From contig CAMMLJ010000007.1 of assembly GCA_946497695.1 (NCBI GenBank), positions 3,043 to 67,042 of the forward strand: 64,000 bases of DNA, in the 5' to 3' direction. Source of the stretch: an uncultured Clostridium sp. (GTDB lineage Bacteria > Bacillota > Clostridia > TANB77 > CAG-508). The notes under the pieces were generated by a model. That model did no database searches and was not told the origin of the DNA. It worked only from the letters and a program-made list of their open reading frames with translations. The stretch's first letter is position 1. Every line of letters begins with the position of its first letter. Both the position numbers and the translations under genes were made by a program. Positions 28,743-38,440 of this stretch are shown here, one piece after another.

Positions 28743-29069
28743 TTAAAATATTAAAGTTAATATAATCATAATTAGGTATATGGCTAATAGAAAAAAAGTT
28801 AATTTTTTTAATTTATTATATTTCTTTATTATACTATTATATTTTTTCTTATCTTCATAACTATTCATATTCTTTAAATAATCATAAATTACAGTTTCTG
28901 CTTCTTTTAATACATATCCATTTTCTGCTTTAGTATTTATTTTACTATTTTTCATTCTTTTTATAAGTTCTTTTTCTTTATTTTTTACTTCTGGTTTAAT
29001 TACAACCCATGCTTCTTCCACTATGTTTGAAGGTAAATTTTTTATAACAATCATATCTTTCATTTCCAT
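28743..29069 (-). CDS. Hypothetical tail-anchored small protein
   Basis: 108 aa from ATG 29069 (GAGGTGG upstream). Charged body with a C-terminal TM helix LTFFLLAIYLIMIILTLIF. Confidence 0.4.
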   Translation of the reverse strand: MEMKDMIVIKNLPSNIVEEAWVVIKPEVKNKEKELIKRMKNSKINTKAENGYVLKEAETVIYDYLKNMNSYEDKKKYNSIIKKYNKLKKLTFFLLAIYLIMIILTLIF

Positions 29070-29186
29070 ATGTACCACCTCTAAATTTATTTTATAGAGA
29101 AAATTTATTTTCCACATATTGCGCAAATTAGACTAGGCTAATATATTTGGCAGAAAAATATGGAAATTTTCCTCTACAATAATAAT

Positions 29187-29720
29187 TTACAAATTTAGAA
29201 ATTTTATACTCTGTAATATGATTTTTGAAATATTTTTTGAAAATTTTAATATTAATTTATAATCTGCATTTTTTAGATTATAATAATTTTTTATTAAATT
29301 TTTTTCATCTTTAGCAACAATACCTTTAATTGCTATATTTCCAATTGCTGTTGCCTTTTTATTTAATGCACTTCCTGGCACTAAGCCCTTTTTTATTATA
29401 AATACATTTCCTGGTTCTATAGTATTTGATAAAGCAGAATCTATACTAATTACATAAGGATTATCACAATTATATTTTATGTTTTTTATATTTTTCGAGT
29501 TTATATTATTAGTTAAATCTCCAATTACTTTTATTCTTCCATCTCTTACATTGCGTTTTAAAATTTCTCCAACTATTGGTCCAAAGCTATCTCCAACTAT
29601 TTTATTTGTTCCAATACAAATAAAAATCAAATCAGAATATCTTTTTTCATTTACTTTTTTTATAACTTTATTAAATTCAAAATTAAAATTAGCATATACG
29701 CAATTATCAAAAGACATCAT
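29187..29720 (-). CDS. yyaC: Sporulation protein YyaC (GPR/HybD-like putative spore protease)
   Basis: LIFICIGTNKIVGDSFGPIVGEIL matches the YyaC signature CIGTDRstGDslGPlvG. Confidence 0.8.
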   Translation of the reverse strand: MMSFDNCVYANFNFEFNKVIKKVNEKRYSDLIFICIGTNKIVGDSFGPIVGEILKRNVRDGRIKVIGDLTNNINSKNIKNIKYNCDNPYVISIDSALSNTIEPGNVFIIKKGLVPGSALNKKATAIGNIAIKGIVAKDEKNLIKNYYNLKNADYKLILKFSKNISKIILQSIKFLNL

Positions 29721-29786
29721 ATCCCTCCATAATCACAGTATATGCTTTTTTAACTAGTATATTCACTTAGTGTTTTAGTTACATAA

Positions 29787-30032
29787 CTAATTTTTTGTTT
29801 TGGCAATTATTATATTTATATCTTTAGAGTTATAATATTTTTTAAATAAATCTTGTGAATAACCAGCAACTTCATTTGTTATAAAAAATGTTTTATAATC
29901 ATCTTTGATTAAATTTTCCAAGACTTTATCCACATTTTCTAAGTCTTGTAACTCTATGCCATCCATACCAATATTCTTAAAGAATTTAAAACTAGTATTA
30001 TCATGAATTGACTTTATATAAGATATTTTCAT
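29787..30032 (-). CDS. Small protein resembling V-type ATPase subunit F (orphan)
   Basis: Pattern KISYI......F..F...G......D.E.....L..L...DY..FFITNEVA......F.KY......NIIIA parallels the ATP-synt_F fold signature. No other V-ATPase genes are nearby. Start ATG 30032 (AGGTGA upstream). Confidence 0.35.
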   Translation of the reverse strand: MKISYIKSIHDNTSFKFFKNIGMDGIELQDLENVDKVLENLIKDDYKTFFITNEVAGYSQDLFKKYYNSKDINIIIAKTKN

Positions 30033-30064
30033 AATAATCACCTAATTATATTATATCCAATATA

Positions 30065-30943
30065 TTAATTTTTATTTACTAAATTTATTAAATCTTCTTT
30101 AGAAAATAGATACTTTTTATTACAAAAATGACATATAATCTCTGCTTTACCATCTTCTTCTATTATTTTATTTATCTCATTTTTATCTAAAGCTTGTAAT
30201 GCCCTTTCAATCTTTTCTTTACTACAGTCACATTCATATATTGGATGCATATCTGTTTGAATAACTTTTACATTTTTATCTCCCGTTACTTTTTTAGCAA
30301 TTTCTAACAATGATAAATTATCATCCAACATTTTTGACATTGCACCTTCTTCAAATATACTTTTTTCTATATTTGTTATATCATTATCAGTTGCATCTGG
30401 CATAGCTGTTAATAAATACCCACCAGCTTTTTTTACTCCATTTTTATCTACAAGCACTCCTAAAGCAACCGCTGATCTTGTTTGCTCAGATTCAGTAAAA
30501 TATCTAGCAAAATCTTCTGCAATTTCTCCAGATGAAATTGGAATTACACCTATATATGGTTCTTTTAATCCTATATCTTTAATTACGTTTACATAGCCAT
30601 TATATCCTACAACCCCACCTACATCTAATTTTCCAAATTCATTTAATGGAGCATCTACTTGAGGATTATCTACCATTCCTTTTATTTTTAAATTACTATT
30701 TACTACTGCAACCATTTTACCTATTGGTCCGTCACCTTTAATTTGTAAAGTGATATTATCCTTTTCTGATTTTAAATCACTACCCATGATAACACCCATT
30801 GTTAATAATCTACCTAATGCTGCTGTTGCTACAGGGCTTAAATCATGTGTTTTCCTTGCTTCTTCTACTAAACTTGTTGTTTCTGCACAAGTAATAGCAA
30901 TTCTTCCATTATATGCTAAAAATTTTACTATATTATCTTTCAT
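30065..30943 (-). CDS. hslO: Hsp33 redox-regulated chaperone
   Basis: 292 aa. C-terminal zinc centre YECDCSKEK...ICHFCNKKY (CxC...CxxC) and conserved GGYLLTAMPDA. Confidence 0.93.
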   Translation of the reverse strand: MKDNIVKFLAYNGRIAITCAETTSLVEEARKTHDLSPVATAALGRLLTMGVIMGSDLKSEKDNITLQIKGDGPIGKMVAVVNSNLKIKGMVDNPQVDAPLNEFGKLDVGGVVGYNGYVNVIKDIGLKEPYIGVIPISSGEIAEDFARYFTESEQTRSAVALGVLVDKNGVKKAGGYLLTAMPDATDNDITNIEKSIFEEGAMSKMLDDNLSLLEIAKKVTGDKNVKVIQTDMHPIYECDCSKEKIERALQALDKNEINKIIEEDGKAEIICHFCNKKYLFSKEDLINLVNKN

Positions 30944-31032
30944 TCTTAATTTCCTTTCTAAAATTAGCTTATTAATATATAAAAAATCTGTTGAAAACAG
31001 CTTTTAATGTCTTTCAACAGATTATATTTACT

Positions 31033-31185
31033 CTATTGTTTTTCAAACATATCTTTTCCTACTCCACAAATTGGGCAAACCCAATCATCTGGTATATCTT
31101 CAAAAGCTGTTCCTGGAGCTATTCCTGAATCTGGATCTCCTTTTTCTGGATCATATACATATCCACATGCTAAGCAAACGTACAT
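31033..31185 (-). CDS. rd: Rubredoxin (50 aa; below the ORF-track size cutoff)
   Basis: Own translation: [50 protein letters not shown]-stop. Contains CxxCG...CPxCG plus the DWxCP motif. AAAGAGGTGA lies 5 nt upstream of the ATG at 31185. The track's plus-strand ORF 31007..31237 is its antisense shadow. Confidence 0.88.
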   Translation of the reverse strand: MYVCLACGYVYDPEKGDPDSGIAPGTAFEDIPDDWVCPICGVGKDMFEKQ

Positions 31186-31249
31186 ATTTATCACCTCTTT
31201 AATTTTTTCTAATTATATTATGAATATCTTAATTTAGCAATATATAAAT

Positions 31250-32506
31250 TTATTTTTCCTCATATGGAGTAAACATATCCTTTCTTTCTCCACAAACTGG
31301 ACATTTCCAATCTTCTGGCAAATCGTAAAACTCTGTGTTTGGCCCTATTCCTGCTGTTTCATTTCCAACTTTTGGATTATAAATATATTTGCAGTTTGAA
31401 CATTCATACATACTGCCCTCTTCTCCTCGTAAACTCGAAAAACTCCTATAGCCTAAAGCAATTACTGCAATTACCATAAACGCAAAAGATATTGCCTTTA
31501 TTATACCACTTTCAAATAATATTACTGCAAACATTCCAAATGTCGCACTAATTCCATATAAAATATAAACTGCTTGTTTTTGTGAAAATCCTTTTCTTAC
31601 TATTCTGTGATGTAAATGTCCTTTATCAGCCTGAAAAATAGCTTTTAAAGATTTTCCTTTGTGGATTCTTCTTAATATTGCACATACTGTATCAAAAATA
31701 GGTAATCCAAGAACTATAACTGGTAAAATAATTACTACTGCTGTATATGTTTTAGCTACACCTAAAATTGAAACTACTGATAATGTAAAACCTAGAAAAT
31801 TTGATCCAGTATCTCCTATGAATGTCTTTGCTGGATTAAAGTTAAATGGTAAAAATCCACATAAAGCTCCAGCTAAAGCTGTTATCATTATAATTGCAAT
31901 TAATGGTGAATTATTTAAAGAAAATATTATTAATAATGATATGCATGAAATCATTGTTATTCCAGATGATAACCCATCTAATCCATCCATTAAATTAATT
32001 GCATTAGTAATTACTATTATCCAAATAACTGTTAAAATCATAGAAACAGCTTCATTTAGTACTGCTGATTCAAAGAATGGGATTACTTCTATAATTCTTA
32101 TACCAGAAACTACAACTGCAATGGCAGCTAAAAGTTGACCTGAAAGTTTTGCTAAAGGTTTTATAGTTTTTACATCATCTATAAAACAAGTGATTCCTAA
32201 TATTAGCACACCTACAAAAAAGCCTAATATTTTTTTGCCATATTCTTCTATTCCAAATAAATTAAGTCTTGATGAATCCTCTATTGATAGTGTTATTACT
32301 AAATATATAAAAGAAACTACAAAACCTGCAATAACAGCAACCCCACCCAGTTTTGGAATCGGTTTATGATGCATTCTTCTATTATCTTTTGGTACATCAA
32401 CTGCACCTACTTTTTTGGCTAATTTTATAGAATATGGTGTCATCATAAAAGCTGTTATAAAGGCTAGTAGAAAGGCTATTGCTATATCACCCCACATATT
32501 TAACAC
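31250..32506 (-). CDS. Glycosyltransferase family 4 (WecA/TagO/MraY-like polyprenyl-phosphate HexNAc-1-P transferase) fused in frame to a C-terminal rubredoxin domain
   Basis: NAINLMDGLDGL and FIGDTGSNFLGF (GT4/MraY-family motifs) with about 10 TM helices. After the last TM comes ..LRGEEGS-MYECSNCKYIYNPKVGNETAGIGPNTEFYDLPEDWKCPVCGERKDMF (rubredoxin CxxC...CPxC). Confidence 0.8.
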   Translation of the reverse strand: MLNMWGDIAIAFLLAFITAFMMTPYSIKLAKKVGAVDVPKDNRRMHHKPIPKLGGVAVIAGFVVSFIYLVITLSIEDSSRLNLFGIEEYGKKILGFFVGVLILGITCFIDDVKTIKPLAKLSGQLLAAIAVVVSGIRIIEVIPFFESAVLNEAVSMILTVIWIIVITNAINLMDGLDGLSSGITMISCISLLIIFSLNNSPLIAIIMITALAGALCGFLPFNFNPAKTFIGDTGSNFLGFTLSVVSILGVAKTYTAVVIILPVIVLGLPIFDTVCAILRRIHKGKSLKAIFQADKGHLHHRIVRKGFSQKQAVYILYGISATFGMFAVILFESGIIKAISFAFMVIAVIALGYRSFSSLRGEEGSMYECSNCKYIYNPKVGNETAGIGPNTEFYDLPEDWKCPVCGERKDMFTPYEEK

Positions 32507-32508
32507 CT

Positions 32509-32955
32509 CTATTTCATATTTTCATTTTCTATTTTTTCTAGCATGTCTAATCTTTCTTTATATCTTCCACCTTTAAATTCTGTTTCTAACCATGCATTTA
32601 TCATTTCTATTGCTTCTTTTATTGTTGTATTGTCACCAGATAATGTTAATAAATTTATATCATCATCTGCTTTTGCAGCTTTTGCATAAGCAACACTAGT
32701 TACACTTGCTGCTCTTACTCCTTTAAATTTATTAGCAACAACAGTCATACCATAACCTGACCTACATATTAGAATTCCTTTATCTGCACTTCCATTAACC
32801 ATTGCTTCTGCTACTTTTTTAGCATAAATTGGATAATCTGTTCTTTCTTCTGAATATGTTCCATAATCTTCATACTCTATACTATTTTCTTCAAAATATT
32901 TCTTTATTTCTTCTTTTAATCTATAGCCTCCGTGATCTGCTCCAATAGCTATCAT
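32509..32955 (-). CDS. rpiB: Ribose-5-phosphate isomerase B (RpiB/LacAB family)
   Basis: IAIGADHGGYRLKEEI, GILICRSGYGMTVVANK. Start moved to ATG 32955 (AAAGGAGG upstream). Confidence 0.9.
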   Translation of the reverse strand: MIAIGADHGGYRLKEEIKKYFEENSIEYEDYGTYSEERTDYPIYAKKVAEAMVNGSADKGILICRSGYGMTVVANKFKGVRAASVTSVAYAKAAKADDDINLLTLSGDNTTIKEAIEMINAWLETEFKGGRYKERLDMLEKIENENMK

Positions 32956-33086
32956 ACCAAGACCTCCTTTGTTATTCTTTTTTAATATAACACATGATTT
33001 TTTAGAATACAATAATTTGTCCTAAAAAGTCTATTTTTCATTGTATAAATTATCGAAATGCGATATAATTGTTTCAGGTGATATTT

Positions 33087-34340
33087 ATGAAAAAATTATG
33101 TATTATTTTATTTTTAATATTGATCGGAATAGCTTTGCTTGTAGGCTTATTTGTATTTTCATATAAAAGTGTAAACATCTCACAAAATGTAATACTAGGA
33201 GATGAGATTATTCTACCTGATAGAATTGTCTATAAAAATTCTAATAATCAATATTTTGAATTTTTACAAGATTCTGAACACTATGATGAAATTATAGAAT
33301 TAGTTGGTGGAACTTTAAATAATTTTAGTGAAAACGGTGAAATTGTATCTCAAGACATCATAGACACAATTCACGATAATGAATCATTTTTAGAATTTGA
33401 TTACGAAACTGCAAGCAAAAATTATATTATACCATTTGATGATACTTACAAAAATTCTATGATAAAACTTGCTACCACTGGTGGAAAAGTTTGTTCTACT
33501 AACTTAAAAAATATTAATAGATTAAATAATGAGCTTGATAAACTTAGTTCTAGCTGTAAACCTTATTCTTTAAAATATACAGAATTAGTATCCAAAAATC
33601 CATTTTCTTTAGAATATAAATATTCACAGCAATTTAAAGAAATAAACTATAAAATATATCAAGTAAAAATAACTGATTTAAAAACTTATGAAAGATATGA
33701 AGCTATGTGTAATCTAAGCTTTGAAGAACCTATTACAGAAGATACCTTTACAGATAATGACCTTATCCTAACTGTAACTATGGTTCCTAAAATCACTGTA
33801 AAAGTAAGCATTGGTAATATTCGTTATACATATGAGAACCTTCCTAATTCATATGGTTCCCCATATACCACACATTTATTAGTCGTAAGTAAAATTGTAA
33901 ACACCGATTGTGTTTATAACACTGATTTATCAACTGTTGATACACAAGCAAATTTAGATCAATTAGAAACAAGTTATGACGAAAAAATAGATAATTTAGA
34001 TGAAAACTTATTTGTAAAAGATTTTGATCAATTCTATAATGACTATACAAATTCAGCCTCTACACTTACAGAAGAACAAGCACAAACTGTTGTTACAACA
34101 GCTTGTGATGAAGCTTCACGTATTGCTGGTAAATATAATGAAAGTTCACAGACTTGTGAACTAAAATCAGTACATCCTAATAATTTCTTCACAAGGAAGA
34201 CTAATGAATCTGATAATGTTGCATCATATGAAGTAACAGCTTATTGTTTTAGAAGAACTGATGAAATTGGAAATGGTGTTGAAATTTATATAGATAATAA
34301 ATTAGGAAAAATTATAGGAGGTCGAGCTTTTGGTGATTAA
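33087..34340 (+). CDS. Hypothetical membrane-anchored/secreted protein
   Basis: ATG 33087 with AGGTGA upstream. N-terminal hydrophobic segment KLCIILFLILIGIALLVGLFVF. No family recognised. Confidence 0.5.
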   Translation: MKKLCIILFLILIGIALLVGLFVFSYKSVNISQNVILGDEIILPDRIVYKNSNNQYFEFLQDSEHYDEIIELVGGTLNNFSENGEIVSQDIIDTIHDNESFLEFDYETASKNYIIPFDDTYKNSMIKLATTGGKVCSTNLKNINRLNNELDKLSSSCKPYSLKYTELVSKNPFSLEYKYSQQFKEINYKIYQVKITDLKTYERYEAMCNLSFEEPITEDTFTDNDLILTVTMVPKITVKVSIGNIRYTYENLPNSYGSPYTTHLLVVSKIVNTDCVYNTDLSTVDTQANLDQLETSYDEKIDNLDENLFVKDFDQFYNDYTNSASTLTEEQAQTVVTTACDEASRIAGKYNESSQTCELKSVHPNNFFTRKTNESDNVASYEVTAYCFRRTDEIGNGVEIYIDNKLGKIIGGRAFGD

Positions 34341-35703
34341 AAATTTTATAAAAAAACATATTAAAGGAATGATATATATATTATCATGCTTAATTTTAGG
34401 AATACTATTTTACTATTATATTGCTACTTCAGTTCTTTCATCTTTCATAATTTTAGGGATGGGACTATTTAGTATAGAATCAATTGTTGCAACACTGTTA
34501 TATCCTTTTTCTTTGTTAATATTATTTTTTGCAGCAAGTTACATTTTATATAAATATTTAATGTACATAATTACATTGTTTACTAATAAAAAATTGCTAA
34601 AACCAATACTTTTACTCCTTGTACTTGTTATATTAATAACTATATGTGCCATTTTTAATTTTGTTTTATCCTCATCACTAAAACATCTATTTTTAATGGT
34701 AGTATACATATTAGGAACTATTTTTATTCCATTAATCCTATTAGCAATAATACTATTAAACAAAAATTCTTCTAAAAAGAATAAAATAAAAAAATCTATT
34801 TTAATTGTTATTGTTGCTTTAATAATCTATGTAATAAATGTTCCAACATTACTAGTAAGTAGTACATATATAACAACTTATATATCAAATCATCTAGACC
34901 AAAGTACACAAGTTCCAAATTTAGAATATTTAAATAATTACGAACAACGAATGGCAACAAAAGGATTTTTATATAAATCTGATGTAGAATATATTTTAAA
35001 TATAGCTGAACGCAGAAGTGAAAAAGTTATTGTTACTTATAAATTTGATGACGAAACTATAACAATTTCAAATAAGGATGAAAATTTTAAAGATACAATT
35101 ACAACTAACTTAAAATGGGATTACTATAAATTTAATTATACTTATACAAATAACATTGTTACAGTAAATATTGAAAAATATGCTACTACACAAGAAAATG
35201 AAGAAAAAAATAGTGATATTATTTTAGCAGGAAATATGAGAAACGACTTAATACAAAACGTAGAATCAGAAAATGTAGAGCTTACTGCTACAAATTTTGT
35301 AATAGAAAATAATTTTGTACTAACACCTGGATATAGACCTGATATTAGTAACTTACGACTTTTATTAGTATATGATAAAAATTCTAATAACTTTATCCCT
35401 GTGGTAGATAATGAGTCTTGTGTAAATATGATAGCATCATATGAAGTTACTTCAACTAGTCTAAATATTACTCTAACTAACGATACAAATTTAAATGTTT
35501 TAGACTATACATTAAGAATAAATAGATATAATGATGATTTAACTATACCTGAAGATAAGAATTATAATTATTATTATCATTATGAACCTGTTGTTACAAC
35601 TTCTACAAACAACACTGGTAATACTGTATTAACATTTGAATTTGATAACATCTTATCGTTAGAAAAATTAAATAACATAGAAATAATATTTAGTAATAAT
35701 TAA
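34330..35703 (+). CDS. Hypothetical polytopic membrane protein with a C-terminal soluble domain
   Basis: TTG start 8 nt after AGGAGG, overlapping the upstream stop. About five N-terminal TM helices. No family recognised. Confidence 0.5.
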   Translation: MVIKNFIKKHIKGMIYILSCLILGILFYYYIATSVLSSFIILGMGLFSIESIVATLLYPFSLLILFFAASYILYKYLMYIITLFTNKKLLKPILLLLVLVILITICAIFNFVLSSSLKHLFLMVVYILGTIFIPLILLAIILLNKNSSKKNKIKKSILIVIVALIIYVINVPTLLVSSTYITTYISNHLDQSTQVPNLEYLNNYEQRMATKGFLYKSDVEYILNIAERRSEKVIVTYKFDDETITISNKDENFKDTITTNLKWDYYKFNYTYTNNIVTVNIEKYATTQENEEKNSDIILAGNMRNDLIQNVESENVELTATNFVIENNFVLTPGYRPDISNLRLLLVYDKNSNNFIPVVDNESCVNMIASYEVTSTSLNITLTNDTNLNVLDYTLRINRYNDDLTIPEDKNYNYYYHYEPVVTTSTNNTGNTVLTFEFDNILSLEKLNNIEIIFSNN

Positions 35704-35709
35704 TTTTAT

Positions 35710-35742
35710 AAAATCCTTAAGATTTAATCTTAAGGATTTTTA
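35710..35742 (+). terminator. Rho-independent terminator
   Basis: ATCCTTAAGA-tttaa-TCTTAAGGAT followed by TTTT. Confidence 0.8.
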
Positions 35743-35762
35743 TTGAAATATTAAGAAAATAC

Positions 35763-35791
35763 TTGCTAATTTTAGTATTTCATGGTAAAAT
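35763..35791 (+). promoter_or_regulatory. sigma-A-type promoter of rpsT
   Basis: TTGCTA (35763..35768), 17-nt spacer, TAAAAT (35786..35791). Confidence 0.45.
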
Positions 35792-35871
35792 ATTAAGCGC
35801 GTACATTAAGGCTAAGTTTATGCTTATGCTTTAATATAGATTTATTTTAAACAACAAGGAGGTGTTTTGGA

Positions 35872-36138
35872 ATGCCAAATATAAAATCAGCTAAAAAGAG
35901 AGTTGAAGTTATCAAGAAAAAAACTATGAGAAATAATAGTATAAAATCAGGATACAAAACAGCTATAAAGAAAGCAGAAGCTGCTATAGAAGCTAAAAAT
36001 ATGGAAGAAGCTAAAAAATTAACTTCTTTTGCAACAAAGAAAATAGATCAAGCTTGTGCTAAAGGTGTTATCGTAAAAAACACAGCAGCTAGAAAAAAAT
36101 CTCAACTTTCTAAAAAATTAAATGCAGTAAACGCTTAA
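35872..36138 (+). CDS. rpsT: 30S ribosomal protein S20
   Basis: MPNIKSAKKRVEVIKKKTMRNNSIKSGYKTAIKK is the canonical S20 N-terminus. AAGGAGG RBS. Confidence 0.96.
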   Translation: MPNIKSAKKRVEVIKKKTMRNNSIKSGYKTAIKKAEAAIEAKNMEEAKKLTSFATKKIDQACAKGVIVKNTAARKKSQLSKKLNAVNA

Positions 36139-36223
36139 TTACTTATAATTTATAATAAAAATTATGCATAGTTTTTATTTAGAAGACCCTATTTATATAG
36201 GCGTTTTCTTTTTTTATTAAAAA

Positions 36224-36478
36224 CTATGCTTCTGCTTTTATATATTTTTCTAAAGCTATAGCTAACTGATCAGGACATGATGTTCCTTTAAACCCACAAT
36301 TTATTCCCTTTAGTTTCTCTATAACTTCCTCTACTTTCATACCTACAACTAGCTTTGATATTCCTTTAGTGTTTCCATCACATCCACCTACTATTTTTAA
36401 TGATTTTATAATTCCATTTTCTATTTCTAAAATCATTTCTCTAGAGCAAACTCCCTCTGGTTTATATCTATATTCCAT
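36224..36478 (-). CDS. TSCPD-domain protein (TIGR03905 family)
   Basis: 84 aa. C-S-R...GGCDGN...GTSCPDQLA signature. Confidence 0.8.
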   Translation of the reverse strand: MEYRYKPEGVCSREMILEIENGIIKSLKIVGGCDGNTKGISKLVVGMKVEEVIEKLKGINCGFKGTSCPDQLAIALEKYIKAEA

Positions 36479-36610
36479 ACTATTACCTCCTATTATTTAT
36501 TGGCTATATTTTATTAAACTTTAATTGTTTTTTCAATCTATACTGGTAATTATTTCATTTGTTTTTGCACTTATTTTATGTTATCCTTTAATTATTGAAG
36601 GTGATGTATT

Positions 36611-36835
36611 ATGAAATTAGATATTTCAACTCAAAAAGTTGTAAACTATGGTATTATATTTTCTTCTTTTATTTTACTAGCATCAATCCTAACCTTGGTA
36701 TATTATAATTTCTTTTATTTACATCCTCTTATTTATAATATAGGTATATTACTATTCCAAGCTGGAACTACATATTTCTTTTGTTTTTTATTCGGAGGAT
36801 TTGCTTTTAACAAAATAAAGGAAGATTTAAACTAA
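36611..36835 (+). CDS. Hypothetical small membrane protein (2 TM)
   Basis: 74-aa ORF with two hydrophobic spans and GAAGGTGA upstream. Confidence 0.4.
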   Translation: MKLDISTQKVVNYGIIFSSFILLASILTLVYYNFFYLHPLIYNIGILLFQAGTTYFFCFLFGGFAFNKIKEDLN

Positions 36836-36838
36836 ACT

Positions 36839-36904
36839 TAGAGATTTGGAGACGTTCCTTTTTTCCCTATTCAGGGATTTAGGGACGTTCCTTTTTTCCC
36901 TATT
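36839..36904. repeat. Two direct units of the dispersed palindromic repeat
   Basis: tagagatttggagacgttccttttttccctattc / agggatttagggacgttccttttttccctatt. A degenerate third copy lies at 36957..36980 (gggaaacaagcaccgtcccctttt). Confidence 0.85.
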
Positions 36905-36916
36905 CTAAAAATTTCA

Positions 36917-36944
36917 AATGCGATAACTAAAAAGTTATCGCATT
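36917..36944. terminator. Bidirectional hairpin terminator between convergent genes
   Basis: AATGCGATAACT-aaaa-AGTTATCGCATT (12-bp perfect stem), T-rich on both flanks (tgaaattttt on the minus strand). Confidence 0.6.
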
Positions 36945-36982
36945 TATTTACTTAATGGGAAACAAGCACCGTCCCCTTTTCA

Positions 36983-38425
36983 CTATTTACTTAATTCTTC
37001 TTTTAACATTTTATTTAACATTTGTGGATTTGCTTTTCCCTTTGTCGCTTTCATTGCTTGTCCTACTAAGAATCCAATTGCTCTATCTTTTCCAGCTTTA
37101 TAATCTGCTACAGAATTTGGATTTTCTTCTAAAACTTTAAGCACAACTTCTCTTATTGCACCTTCGTCAGAAATTTGTATCCAACCTTTTTCTTTAATAA
37201 TTTCTTCTGGTTCTTTTGGATTTTCGAATAATTCTTCTATTACTTTTTTACCAATACTTGAACTGATAGTTCCTTTATCAATTAATTGTACTAGATGACC
37301 TAAATGTTCTGCTGTAAATGGAATTTGATCTGCTTCTAATTCTTTTTCATTTAAGATTCTAGAAATATCAGAAATTATCCAGTTATTAACTGCTTTCCTA
37401 TTTCCACAAACTTCACTCGCATTTTCAAATAAATCTGATAAATGTTTTGAACTTGTTATAATATTTGCATCTTTTTCTGATAGTTGATATTCATTAATAT
37501 ATCTTTCTTTTCTACTCTCTGGAAGTTCTGGTAAAGTATTTTTTAGATTTTCTATATATTCATCTGATAAATTAATTGCTACTAAATCAGGATCTGGAAA
37601 ATATCTATAGTCTTGTGCATCCTCTTTATCTCTCATAGGAAATGTTTTTCCAGATACTTCATCCCATCTTAAAGATTCCTGCTCTACTTTTCCTCCCTCT
37701 TCTAATACATCAATTTGTCTTGTTACTTCATAGTCTATAGCTCTTGTAATTGATTTAAAAGAGTTCATATTTTTCATTTCTGTTCTTGTTCCAAGTTTTG
37801 TATCGCCTACTTTTCTTACAGATACGTTTACATCAGCTCTTAAAGAACCTTCTTCCATTTTACAGTCTGAAACTTCTATATATTGTAATATTGATTTTAA
37901 TTTCTTTAAATATCTATCTGCTTCTCCGCTTGAACGTAAATCTGGCTCTGATACTATTTCAATTAGAGGAACACCTGCTCTATTTAAATCAACTAAACTT
38001 CCACCTGTATACTCATCATGATTTAATTTTCCTGCATCTTCTTCTATATGTATTCTTAAAAGTCTTACTTTCTTTTTATTTCCTTCATCATCTTCTATTT
38101 CTATATATCCATGATTACATAAAGGTTTATCATATTGAGATATTTGATATGCTTTTGGTAAATCTGGATAAAAATAATTTTTTCTATCATTTTTACTATT
38201 TCTTTCTATCTCACAATTTGTTGCAAGACCTGCTTTTACTGCATATTCTACAACCTTTTCATTTAGTACAGGAAGTGTTCCTGGCATTCCCATACAAATT
38301 GGACATGTATGTGTATTTGGCTCTGCACCAAATGTTGTAGGACATGAACAAAAGATTTTTGTTTTTGTAGACAGTTCTGCATGAACTTCTAGTCCTATTA
38401 TTACTTCGTAACCATCTCTTACCAT
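36983..38425 (-). CDS. gatB: Asp-tRNA(Asn)/Glu-tRNA(Gln) amidotransferase subunit B
   Basis: YEVIIGLEVHAEL.T.TKIFC, NRAGVPLIEIVSEPD, C-terminal YqeY-like tail. Full-length 480 aa. Confidence 0.97.
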   Translation of the reverse strand: MVRDGYEVIIGLEVHAELSTKTKIFCSCPTTFGAEPNTHTCPICMGMPGTLPVLNEKVVEYAVKAGLATNCEIERNSKNDRKNYFYPDLPKAYQISQYDKPLCNHGYIEIEDDEGNKKKVRLLRIHIEEDAGKLNHDEYTGGSLVDLNRAGVPLIEIVSEPDLRSSGEADRYLKKLKSILQYIEVSDCKMEEGSLRADVNVSVRKVGDTKLGTRTEMKNMNSFKSITRAIDYEVTRQIDVLEEGGKVEQESLRWDEVSGKTFPMRDKEDAQDYRYFPDPDLVAINLSDEYIENLKNTLPELPESRKERYINEYQLSEKDANIITSSKHLSDLFENASEVCGNRKAVNNWIISDISRILNEKELEADQIPFTAEHLGHLVQLIDKGTISSSIGKKVIEELFENPKEPEEIIKEKGWIQISDEGAIREVVLKVLEENPNSVADYKAGKDRAIGFLVGQAMKATKGKANPQMLNKMLKEELSK

Positions 38426-38440
38426 TACTTTTCCTCCTTA

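Noticed and set aside
31007-31237. 76-aa plus-strand ORF in the track.
   Set aside because: The opposite strand encodes a textbook 50-aa rubredoxin with its own RBS (31033..31185). The plus-strand ORF is its shadow.
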